Positions 22,984 through 35,160 of a DNA stretch of 48,435 nt are shown here, piece by piece. Both the position numbers and the translations under genes were made by a program. This stretch comes from Nemertoderma westbladi (Eukaryota > Animalia > Xenacoelomorpha). The notes under the pieces are model-generated. The model was given only the letters and a program-made list of their open reading frames with translations, made no database searches and was not told where the DNA came from. The number at the start of each line of letters is the position of its first letter. Position 1 is the stretch's first letter. Location: NCBI GenBank assembly GCA_032718475.1, contig JAUCBJ010003736.1, positions 1 through 48,435 on the forward strand. The letters are read 5' to 3'.

Positions 22984-25900
22984 TTAAATAATTATTTTAT
23001 ATTTTGTGCGTGGGAAGGGCGTCTCGCCCTCATTCCCACCCCCCTCAGTCCAAAACTTTGGACGACTAAAAACTCTCACGTGCCCCTTCTTCCAGTAGGC
23101 ACTCTCCTGCTGCCCTCCTATACGTCCTCTAACTCTTCGCCACACTCTCTTCGGTGCTACCTTTGCTGGCCTCCCCCTTCGTATGTGCGCTGGCATTAGA
23201 GCCCTTGACGACCCCCGCTCGTCCCTCGGTATACGCGGTGTCTGCCCATGTAATGCCCCCTCGCACTGTGTCAGCCCTGCGTGTGTATGCAACACGCCTC
23301 CTTCTACTTTCCCGACTCCTTTGCTCATGGACTTCTCTACCCCTGGTTTAGTCCTTTCATATCCTCTCCCTTTCCAACACTCTCCGGATCTGTGTCCTTT
23401 TACCACACATCGATGACATAGTCCGTTTGCGTCTGTGTAGGCTACACGATCTCGTTTGGGCAACGCTTGCCAGTACTTGCAATTCCTGGTCTTATGGGTT
23501 CCGTCCCGATGTAATTGACATTGGAATCCTGGATTATAGCGTTTCCTGTATAGTCCTTCACGTATCGCGCTTAGGTTTATATGTACCGATTTAGTGTTTC
23601 GATTGTCTAGACTCGGCCTACTGGGTATATTGGGATTGTGTTTATTTTTGGTGTTATTTTCTTCCTGTCCCCGCCACGGTGTGGCCCTGCTACCAGCTAG
23701 CTGTGGACTAGCAGTCCCCTGTACGGCCGCGTGTGGTGGTGACTGTCCGCACGATCTGTTCTCGTCCAGGGAGTTCGATGTTCTTGCTCCTATCGGGGTA
23801 TATTGTCGATATTGTGATGGGGGAATGTCACCCTGTCCCCCCCCCGGCCGGTATGTTTGGTGCTGGGGTTGATGTTAATATATTGGGGCCCATACATCTA
23901 TCTCCAATAACTCCCCCCTCCCCTGGATATATATTATGTCCCTGTGTATTATAGTCATGCTGCTGTACCGATATAGGCCTACCTACCTCTCGCCTACCTA
24001 CGGGTATGTACTCCGCGACTTCCGGATCTAATCCCGTCGTTCGCGCTACCCTATCACCTACTCTATCTCTCCCAGCATGGCCTATAATAGTATGTGCAGT
24101 AAGGCCTACAGTATGTCCTGCAGTCTGCATGTGCCCTTCCGAACCGAAGTTTATTCTTCGCGAATCTCGAATCTCCCCGCGACTACTGCACTCTCGATCG
24201 GCAGCTATATCACGTCGGGAAGTTTCCCTTCGATCCCCTATCCTGCTCTCGTCTTCGTATTTGTACGTCCTGTACCCCTCTCTTGGCGTGCGGTGCGTTT
24301 CTCCGGGGCGACGGCAATCTCCCGAAGTTCGACCCCACTGGCTCCCTGACTCCATCTCTACTATCGACGGTCCGCTATCTGTCCTCACACTGCTATTGTT
24401 CGTGGCGACACCTTTTCTACTATCTCCTCTTCTTCTCTTTTCAGTGCAGTATTCCGGCTCATGAGATCTCTCGTCGACCTCCCGGTTAAACTCCACTGTT
24501 CTTCTTCCCTCTTCTGATCGGGCTCGACGCTTCGCCTGCCCTCTCGCGACGTCAACCTGCCTCTCTCTGCTCGATCGCACGCCGCTGGGGATACTCGCAA
24601 TCCCCTTATTACTCTCCGTCGCCGGGTGTTGCGGTTTACCTGATTCGGCCCGCGCATTATCCGCTGACGGCTGTGGGACACTCTCTGCCCCCCCTCTCTC
24701 TCTACTAACTTCTCGCGGTGGGGTGTCCGTAGCCCCCCCCCCCCACCCGCCACTTCTAACTTCACTACCTCTTACTACACTTCTACACCCCTCTTGTGGG
24801 GCATTCTCTGCCCCCCCTCTCTCGGCACTAATCTTATGTGGTGGGGCGCCGGTAGCCCCCCCCCCCCCCCACTCGCCACATCTAACTTCACTATCTCTTA
24901 CTTCGTCTCTACACCCCTCTCTAGTCGACACACTGTTTCTACTGCGGCCGGGTCTATTCACCCCCGCCTCTCTCTCTACTACTGCGTGGCCTACCAGGCC
25001 CACCTCGGGTTGGCTCAACCGCGCCACTTCCTGCCTACTAACTACGTGGCCTACCAGGCCGCCGTCTGCCGGGCTATACACGTCTGACGCGTTCACATTA
25101 ATAGCACCATTCCCAATATTATTTGTTAAATCAATTAAATTATTAGAATTTGAAACGAGATTTAAATTATTTAAATTAGAATTATTTGAATTTTCAAAAT
25201 TTAAATTATTGTTCGTATTATTTGAATTATTCTGAATATTTGAATTAACGTTATTATTTGAGTTTAAGTTTAAATTACTACTACCAGGTAAAATATTATT
25301 CGCTGCAATAAAGGGATTAGGGTTATCTAATACGGTACTATTAACATTAACTACTTCTAACATACTACTACTACCCCCCCCCCGCCCGTACGGCTACACC
25401 AGTTCTGGTTCTCTCGCCCGGTGTCTGTAAGTGGGGTCTCCCTCTCTGACATTTCCAACCGCGCCAGTTCTAGTCGGCGCCGTTTAAGTTTGGCCCGATA
25501 TTGCGCAAGCAGCGCCAGTCGGACAAGCAAACCATCCTGCGTACGTTGTTCCTTTAACTCTCTCTCTCTGCACACTCGGAACTCTCTCGCAAGCATCCCA
25601 GACCGCCTCGCCGGCTCGCTCTCTATTCTCCCGATCATTATCCCGATATGCTCCCGATCTCTATGCTCCTCGGCCCTCTCTCTATCCTCCCTTACCAACT
25701 CTAATAATGCGGTTTGCTCTCTCAATTGCCCCTCTAACTGTTTCCGCTCTGCCGCCGCCTTTTCTAATTTATACGCCACGCGTTTACTCTCTCGCACCCT
25801 TCTTTCTTTTGCGGAGGATGTAGCAGACTTATCGGTTGCGACGGACTCCCGTCGCCCCTCCGTCCTACTAACTTTCCCCCGCTTCCCGGAACTTCCTCCG

Positions 25901-26298
25901 ACCGAATCCTCGGAGTTAACCTCGGATTCGCCCTCCCCAGGTCTCTTCCAACCCACTAACTTAACTTCCCTGGCATCGACTAAGTATGGCCCTATGTACA
26001 CTACACCAGGCCCCATACCCCTACGTTCCCATAGCCCAAACAGTTCGAAGGCAACCCCTCTCGCTCTCTCCCCGGCCAGTTCTCTCTGCCCAGAACACAC
26101 TAGGTGATCAAAGTATCTGTTCGACTCACCTAGTCCCTTTGTCATCCTGACCTCGTCTATCCTCGCCCCCTCCTTGGCCTCCTTTAGTAGTTCCCGGGTC
26201 GCGTTGTAGGCCCGTCGAAGTCGATCGGAAACCCCGACGTCCTCGTCGCCGACCTCTCCTCCATCTCTCCGGGTCCGACGTCGTACCGACGGCCCCAC
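22984..26298 (-). CDS. Gag-like protein of the nested element, split by two frameshifts in G homopolymers
   Basis: Coiled-coil ORF (26298-25357), Asn-rich/disordered ORF (25363-23828), then an open frame from ~23850 to 22984 with BEL-type knuckles CQLHRDGTHKTRNC..R......LCHRCVVKGHRSGEC. Confidence 0.7.
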
Positions 26299-26663
26299 CG
26301 TCGCCGTTCCGGTGGACCGTTCGTCGTCCTCGGCCTGTGGCTGGCCGGCGACATCGGTACGTCGACCTTCACTCCGCGTCGACTCGTCTTTCTACCTTTC
26401 GACTCCCGACTCGTCCTCTCTTTGTAGACGACCCCCCACATCTTGGTTCGCCGGGTCGCTCGTTATCGACGTGGCGTCAACGTGCGTCGACGTGGTCGGC
26501 GTAGCATCGACGGCGTCGTGGGTTCGTATCGTCTCGCCGTGGCCTCGCGGATCGTTAGATCGTCGTCCGGGGTCCGCGGCGGTGTCGTTCCTTTCTCTCG
26601 ACTCATCTTTGTCTTTGGTAGCTGATGGTTTGGCTAGCTAGGGCAGCGCTTGGTTTTAGTTAC

Positions 26664-27193
26664 TGTGACGGGATCCAGGAGGGATCCCGATTTATCCGGT
26701 ATTTAGTTCACGCGTCCCCGCCGTGTATAAAGAGTGAATGAAAGTAAAATGAGTTCTGAAGTTCGGTGTATAATAATAGAGGTATAAGATATAGATATAT
26801 TGTATAGTATATGGAAGGCGGGATACGGTAACTAAAAGTCCCGTGCTCCCCTATCTAAACTAATTAACCTATGCTAGCACTACTGCACTGAGATAACTGA
26901 ATTACTGATATTGGGTTACTGGTTATATTGCACGGTTGGCCTAATTACTACCTAATCGATGCCTTGCCCCCCTCTGATTGGTTGATACCCTTGTTGGCAC
27001 CCCGTGGAGTGTTCCCGTTCACTCCATCTGTTCTCTCTGGGTTAGGGGTTTGGCCCCTGACCCTTTATTGTGTGCTTCCTTCCCACTCTTATTGGGATGG
27101 CACGAGTTGGTTAATTATCCAATCTCGTGGCTCCCAATATTGCTTATCGGCTTATAACTTTATGGGGTGTTAGCGGGATTGAATAAGCTAACA
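26664..27193 (-). repeat. Nested element 5' LTR (530 bp)
   Basis: Matches 20549-21078. Confidence 0.96.
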
Positions 27194-29219
27194 GGGGTGG
27201 TGATATACCCCTTTGTGTATTTACTAATTTATCGCGTTCTAGCGCGATACTTTGCTGCACTTCTTGCAACTCTAACCTACTTTCCCTTACTGTGCCCTTG
27301 AATTGCTGAACGGTCTCCTGCATCTGTCCGAGCAGGAGATCCATCCCCCGTCGTCTCTCATCCACCCATTCGACCGCCGAAGCGGGATTCGCCAACATTG
27401 TAGCGGGCGGACGAGGGACAACGGGCGACAAATCATGAATATTTCGCTCGGAGTCCAGGGCATGAACTGTCTCATGGGCTGTTCTGCTGGGCACAGGTAG
27501 CTTGGTACTGTGCAAAGGGAATTTAGAGGTAGGTTCAGGGAGTACAGGTGTCTCTACCACCGAAAGGGTGGCTTCGGGAACAGGCCTAATTATTTCAGGC
27601 TCATCTACTATAGTAGGGAGTCTTTCTATTGTAATTATTTGGTCTGTGGGTTCTGTACTACCTAAGTTGGTGTTATTTAGTTGCCTTCTAACAGCTGGAG
27701 GCAAATCAGGCAATTTCTGACGGTGGGACATTCTTTTACGTCTGCTTAGGCGAGATCGATTTCCTCCGCCTTCAGTGTCGGTGGTATCGCCTTCCTCAGA
27801 TGATGTATAACCTTGTCGTTTGGGAGTAGATCGATTCATCATCTGCATATTACTAGCTGTTAACTGTTTATTAAAGTTGTCTTGTCTCTCTTGAAGATTT
27901 TCCAACTCTAGTTGGGTTGTCTCTTCAGATGCCCTCCGTTCTGCTTCTGCCACTGCTATTTTTCTTTCCGCTTCGGCTGCCTTTCTTTCCGCTTCTGCTG
28001 CTTTTCTTTCCGCTTCTGCCGCTGCCATTGCCGCTGCTGCTGTCTTTCTATCTTCTATACATTTTTTCTTTACTTGTTCTTCTTGAACCTTAGCGATGCG
28101 GATACTTTCATCAAATTTAGCTTGGTTCGCAGCTATCCTATCCACATCAATTGCGTCCAACACACGCTGGGCTCCTTCACTATTAGGGCTAAGTCCATCT
28201 AACCTTCTCCTCAACTCTTCATCTCCTAAAAAACGCTGATAGTCTGACAGATAGATGTCAATGGCATCCCTCTTATGCGGTTTCTCTGCTGTCGTTTCAC
28301 TTTCCACTTGGGAAAAAGTAGCGTCTGTTGATTCTCCATGGGTTGAGCGCTCCTCCAGCTGAGCTTTCCACTGAGCTGTTCCTTGAACCTGGAGACTCAC
28401 CCGCTGAAACCAAGTCTTTACGGCAACTTGCAACGACGTGTCTTGTCTTCTTTTAGAAGCCTCTTCAAAGGCCGATAAGATTAGCCTAATTCGCAGAATT
28501 CTTTCTCTAACTTGATAAAGCAGTTGTCCCTGCTCTTGAGGTCCTTATGGTTGTTGAAACAGTTGTTCTTTTAGTCGCTCCATAGAGCTGAAGAATCCCT
28601 GTGCGTATCCGGCTGCGGACCTCTTCCACACAGCTGGATCGATGGTTTCCTTGGTTACTCCCATCCGGTGTATGTCTTCCCAGGCAGCTTCTGATAAATC
28701 AAACGGGAGTCCGGGTCCGGGGAAGTTCCATTGCGACTCTACAATAGACTTCAGTTCTTCCCTTGTGTATCCCGCATAACTATCTTTAGTTGATCGCTGA
28801 CTTCTCGCCCAATCGATCTGGTGTTCTTCCACCGCGATCAATATCCTAGTGAGTACGGCTGCAGGTAGGATGAGAAGGGGATCCGAATAAACCGCATCCG
28901 TCATCTTTGCTCCGCGCTCGGGTGTCAGCTCTACAGTGTCCTCACTACTGGAGCTGTCGGGCCGCTGAGAAATAAGTTCTTGGCTCGCGGGTTGTTGCTG
29001 TTCCGCTGCTTCTTGGTCCCGCTTGACCTGAGCTCGAGTGCCTATGATAGACCTACGATGTTGGACCAGCCTAGGTTCTGTTATTACTACTGGAGGGATG
29101 ACCTTCCTCACAGTGGGAGGTGAACTGAACTTAGGTGTAGACGGTTCTACACCCTTATCTGAGTCGCAGATAGTTACATCTAATAAACTGTCTGACAGGT
29201 TCTGCTTAGTATCAGACAT
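27194..29219 (-). pseudogene. BEL/Pao gag-pol, 5' part (long coiled-coil N-terminal extension of Gag)
   Basis: ATG at 29219; same frame throughout with one TAA at 28545-28547; AEAERKA repeats; joins the 20535 ORF after removing the insert. Confidence 0.85.
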
Positions 29220-30437
29220 GTTTGATTACACAGTTGAATGCCTACTGCTATCTTACAGTCTAAGCAAGTCTAGTAATTCAGCATTAACTGCTAGCCTAAT
29301 AATTAATTACCGATACTGCTACTCAGTGTAGCGTGATATATATAATATTAGAATACCGGTATGCTTATAGTATATATAAGTATTATTAGTAACTAGAATT
29401 AATTACAGAATACCGGTATGATTTCAGCCTAAAATTTATAGAAATAAATATAATAAGCCTATTGTAAATACCGGTATGTCAATTATTTTTTAGAATAATT
29501 GAATTTCTGAATTTTAAGGGTTACTTGGTTACTTTAATTTACTTATTACCGTTATTTAAGCAGTAGTCCAACTGATATTGAGACCTAATTGTTGTATGGC
29601 AGGCCTACTATTTATAAATCGTTTGAGTTGATTTATAATATATATATACCCGTTTAATGGGTTTTGTCAATGTTTGAAATAAATGTTATTATTTCTGGGG
29701 GAGTCACTACACATAAGCTGTACGCTCTCAGTGGAGTGCTACTTGTTAGACACTAAAACAAATAATTATAATTTACCTAAGTTACTTAATACTACAAATT
29801 ACGTACAATTCGGGTTGAGATTACAGTCTCTAAATAAATACAAAAATTTAATTACAAATACACAAATACGAAATTTTTAGGGTAATTTTTACAAGAAGTC
29901 TACTAACCAGCCTAACAAAGGGTTAGAATATCTGGTTATTACAACGGACAGGTTACTACGGTATTTGAAACTAATAAGTAGTAGTAAATATACTGCGTTG
30001 TCCAGATAGGAAAATACCACCGTCTGACGACCTATAGCCGTATCGCTATAGGTACTACGTTATGTATCACGGAGTGTCCCTACCTAGAAGTTAATTACCG
30101 CGGTCTACCAGAACCAACGTGTCTATTAACCACTTTACAACACAAATATACTGCCTACACACTAATCACCTTCGGAAAGTACTGTACACTAAACCCTAAA
30201 TTAGGTACAAGTACTTGTACAACAAATAATCAGTCGTTAAAAATACTTGAACAGCTAAAAGAACCACGGTATCTGCCGGAGTGACCAAAGCATAAAATCT
30301 CCAGTCTTTACCTACGCCGAGCAGCCCTGATGTAGTACCGGGGTTAGTTTAACTATAACGGTATGTATAACAAACACAATTACTGTAGGAATAAACTTAG
30401 GGATATGAATGTTGCGAATAATCGCATAAACTCTGAA

Positions 30438-31015
30438 TAATAAATATTACGCTACGCGTACAGACTATTCAAACAAAATGCAGACCAAATACTGACAGAC
30501 TACTATCAAGCCTAAACAAACTACGGTATATGCAGACTCCGAAATGATTAGTTAGTATGCGTTCTAACCTAGTAGTACGACTTATTCTTTCACAGGGGGT
30601 TTACCTCACAGCACTTGAAGCCCCTACGTTCCCAACTAGCACTTTATCGGACAGATGCTCTACACACACCGAAGCTTCCTCAAACCCAACAACAGCCAGA
30701 CAACTATCCAGCCTACAAATTATCTAAATAAAATTATACGCTACCCGTACAGACTACACAAACAAAGTACAGACCAAACGATGGCAGACTACTATCAAGC
30801 CCAAATACACTACAGTATATGCAGACTCCGAAATGATTAGTTAGTATGCGTTCTAACCCAGTAGTACGACTTATTCTTTCACAGGGGGTTTACCTCACAG
30901 CACTTGAAGCCCCTACATTCCTAACTAGCACTTTATCGGACAGATGCTCTACACACACTGCAATCCGTTCAGACTTAACAACAGTTAGACAACAGTCAAG
31001 CCTACAAATTATCTG
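30438..31015. repeat. Tandem duplication (~289-bp period) in the BEL/Pao 5' UTR
   Basis: gcagactccgaaatgattagttagtatgcgttct... at 30532 and 30821. Confidence 0.9.
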
Positions 31016-31296
31016 TACAATCTGAGCAGGCTTACACACCTTCTGCTCAATACTGGCTTACAAATAAATAAAACTGACAGAAATAGGCCTAAGTAAAATC
31101 CCAATAAAAACCAGGCGTCCCCGATTAATTATTAAGACCTACCGGTATATAATAATCAAAATCGAATAATACTGCTGTACCTGTACTGCTGTAGGTACCG
31201 GTCCGGGTGATCAGGCAGTCAGGCCTACAGATTACCGGTCGACCGGTACTTTCGACTAGATTGCTTACACCGCAATCCAGAAGCAATATCTGTTAT

Positions 31297-32423
31297 TGTT
31301 TGCGCTTTTAAGACCTTTGACAGTTTAACCTGCCAAATTAGGATGTCTTTTAGATGATATATAGTCTTTAGCTTATGACGAGTATTTGATACACTACATT
31401 AGCCGAAGCCAGTCTATGCGCAATCATTCACCCGCTGGATATACCCGGGAGACTGAATTCGGAAGCTTAATGATTGATGGTGTAAGCCTACTGTATTATT
31501 CGACTGATCGTAATATATAATCTCTGACAAATATTATTCACTTTCGGGAAATATTAACAGTTCCTTTAGGACGTGGCGCTCTAAATATATAAACAGAGTT
31601 ATGACTTAAACTAGACACAACGAAAGGCTATAGATTAACGTATATGGCGCATTCTTTAGGAGATGCTTTGTTATCAGTTACAATCATACACAATGCTGCA
31701 CAATACTGCATACTAATCTGCCGACCTTCACTAATTTTAGTCACGTATAAAGAGAGCAACATACAATTTATGTAGGGCCTATGAAATAGCATTAGATTCA
31801 CTTCAAACCACTTAACATAGGTTGCAATCGTTTATATGTAACCGGTCTCTCTAACCTTTAGTATATCAAGAAGATTGGGGTGTCTGACTATTGATCAGTA
31901 TTCCGATATAATATTTCATCCACAAATATAATGAATAACCGACAGTAAAAGCAGTAATATTAGTAAGATATGGTAAGATAACTCGGTTTGTTGAGTTATG
32001 TAACTCGGTAACTCGATAACAGATATACTTTCTATAATTAAGCCTACTAATGTTAAACTAAAGAATGCTGATACACGGAAGTGCCAAAAGCCGGTGTTCT
32101 TAGGCTCTGGGCAAAAACATAACACTGAACTACTGAACTGATTGGTCGACCGAGCAAAGAGAGAACAAAGAACAAAGAAAGGTTCGACGTGGCAATATCA
32201 GCTGTTAGCCGTCGTCATGGTAGCGACACTGTTTTCAAGAGGATCTAGCTTATTGCATCACGAGATTGCGGATTATGTCCTCTAAAGTACAAATACAGAA
32301 GAAATGACTTTTATGTCCTCTAAAACACCAGTACAGTAAGGACACGGCCTTTTTATGCCTGGTAAACCAACTACAGAGTACTTTACGGGAAAATAACCGG
32401 TTAATTACGCAAAAGCTTTTACA
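31297..32423 (-). repeat. BEL/Pao 5' LTR (1127 bp)
   Basis: Matches 7429-8593. Confidence 0.96.
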
Positions 32424-32799
32424 TTGACTGATTGCAGGATTCTCGATTCAGGGATTGAGTACAGCCTGACAGTACCGGTACACATGGTACATGCAGACAG
32501 CCACAATGTATTGGAAAATTTGTCAGAAACCCAGCTGATTTATCCTACAGTAATAATAATTTAACGCATTTTAAATTTGGATAAATAAATTTATTATAAC
32601 TGCAATAACAGTTACACTGATGCTGCACGAAGGCCCCACGCAAATTCTACTTGGAAAATTTTCAAACTTTTGCCAAACAACATGTGTACTAAGTTTGGAT
32701 AGATTTCATCAAGGATTGGCCGAGTTATTAACGTTTAAAATAAAATACTGAAAAAAAAACGCGACAGAACGACAGGTTGATTAATGGTACCCCTATGCT

Positions 32800-33420
32800 A
32801 AGGCTCACTCACTTCGTGGCTCGCCCCACATCTAAACTGCGCCAGTCACTCCCATCTCTCAAACGCCCCATCCCGGAAATCCTTGCGCCTAACTTCGTTT
32901 ACTCTTTCTCTTGTCCCTCTTGTAAGGGGGAATATGTTGGACACACCATCCAACACTTGTTTGAACGCGTTAGACAGCACCAGGATGGGACAGCCAATGA
33001 TGGGAGCGAACAGGGTAAGACTGTGCACAACCACATCATGACGCACCGCGACGAGCCCAATACACGTTGGCTGACTGACTGGCGTGAATTGTTTAAACAT
33101 TTCACTGTAATTGCTAGACACCCATTGGGGCCAGTCTTGAAATGTATTACATCTAAACACTCAAGCCGGTTATCAACAAGCAGAAACGTGACTGGTGCAA
33201 GTTTACGGTGCTGTTTTCCAGTGGTTAGTTACAGTACAGACATATCTTCATTTCGTTACCTGTTCCGTCCCCCTTTGGGAATCTCTCTCTACATTTCCTG
33301 GCTTGGCCTCCTGAGAATGCCTTCAGTTGCGGGGCGAAACCTACCGATCAGATGGCTGCCGTCAGCTGATCATTGATTGCATGCAACGTCTAGGTTTTAT
33401 TGCTTTTTAGTTTTTTACAT
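32800..33420 (+). mobile_element. Penelope-like element 3' fragment (GIY-YIG endonuclease and pLTR-like tail)
   Basis: NFVYSFSCPSCKGEYVGHTIQHLFERVRQH...VHNH; hammerhead-like core at 33311-33340. Confidence 0.8.
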
Positions 33421-35160
33421 ACTTTAATATTTAGTTGTTATTGATGGTTATTATATGTTCTTAAAAAAATATCGAAATCATCTGGTGTTTTATGTTAATA
33501 CATTATTAATATTTACAATACTGCCTTGTAGCCTGGGTAACTGCGAACGAGTTCGAAACAAAATTAACAAAATTTTCGTTGCATAAAATTTTCAGATCAA
33601 ATGGCATCTTGCATTCCACTCTATCGCTCTTTGAGAGTAATCCCTTTCGAAGCTTTATATAATGTACAACTAGCGTCATTCATGAACAGCAACAGCATAA
33701 TGATTACTCAAGGGTTACGTATGGGGGTTAATGAGGTAAAAATTACATGGAATCTGCACTGCTGTCATGTCCTGTGTAACTAACAAACTCTATGTTTTGT
33801 GTATTTTTTTGTCACCTACTGTAGCAGCCAGCAGATATACAGTAGGCCTACTAGCAATAACTATATTTCTACTGTGGTGGAAATATCTATTGTGAAACTT
33901 TATAGCTGTGATTATTGTTTTGTTATTTGTTATTTATTTATATATGATAAGAAAGTTGTATCCTCTGAGCATAGTAGACAAAATAATAATTATATTATAC
34001 TGAAGGTAAAATATATAACCACAACCCCGTAAAGGAAGCCACCTGAACTCGATCAGCTAATCACATTCCAAAAGTAACTCATCTCAAATCCGGTGACCTT
34101 GAGCTGTCAATCATTTAGTTCAATTTCTACGGATAGATCAGCAATCTGGGAATATTGTTTATCTGGGATGATATATTATAGTACCGTAGCTGATATCATT
34201 CTGACACACATTATGTAAGGAAAGAGGCAAAGATGATTGGAATATTTGGGACGCGGTTGACAGAAAATGGAGCATACTGTAATGCTGTATTGACAGGAAC
34301 GAACATGGATTGATGAACTTATTATTAATTAACTTTACTCACTGACACACACTGACGGTGGTTGACGCCTTATTGACTGGGCACGATGTCCCCCGCATAT
34401 AGAGCTACTGATATATTTATAACAAATGTAGTGAGTGAATAATAATTAGAATCACTCAAATAGAAATGTTTATCAATAATTATAGGTAGTTATTCGAAGT
34501 TATTATGACCCTTTTGTAAACCTGAAAAAGTTAAATTAACTAATACGGACATTGAAAATACATGGAGATGAAGCTATCCGTGGTTTGATTGCATTCAGTC
34601 TTTCAAAATGTTTGATGACTGCAATAGTCCAATCATGTATGTCTGTATGTATGTGTATCACTGTATGGCTCGAAGTACTGAATACAGAATAAGTAATGAG
34701 AACTTCGCTATCACTAACCTTAAACATGGATTCCAGCGTTACGTAATCTTTAAAAGCACACACCTTGGGAGTTATTCGTGCATATAATCTAATTAAACAC
34801 CGTGAGGCAGTGTTTTTAGACTGCTACATTTAAGTTTTAGATAGCTGGACAACATCCCTATCTAGTTGTTGTCATAGTAACTGACACCATTTACTAGCTA
34901 TTTGTGAGTAAAGTAAGCGTTATGTAATCTCATAAAAAATCCACCATAAAATTACACTTTTTATAAAGTTGATTCCCTGTGCAATAACTGAAAGTGCAAT
35001 CTTTCTGTTATTATAGGTTGTTGACATATTATTTGGAGTCCATATTTGAGAAGCTTGAAAGTGTCTCGGTTTACTAAAGTTAGGATATATGAAAAATAAT
35101 GCGTTACGTAATCTCATTCTAATATTGTAAATTAATACTAATATTATACTAATTATTATA

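Larger units (their letters stand above)
20549..27193 (-). mobile_element. Nested non-autonomous (gag-only) BEL/Pao-related LTR element, 6645 bp
   Basis: 530-bp TG...CA LTRs with 1 difference seen, TSD ggggt (20544-20548 / 27194-27198), PPT gggggggag on minus (21079-21087). Removing it restores host frame GISPPPVTMCQP. No pol motifs found. Confidence 0.93.
7429..32423 (-). mobile_element. Giant BEL/Pao LTR retrotransposon (~18.3 kb excluding nested insert) with extra 3' ORFs
   Basis: TG...CA LTRs of 1165 and 1127 bp, 5-bp TSD ttgac (7424-7428 / 32424-32428), and BEL/Pao gag-pol motifs on the minus strand. Confidence 0.96.

Noticed and set aside
33601-33783. Possible additional KCNQ exon or gene
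   Set aside because: Plus strand; PLYRSLRVIPFEALY resembles a decayed LINE C-terminus, too short to call.
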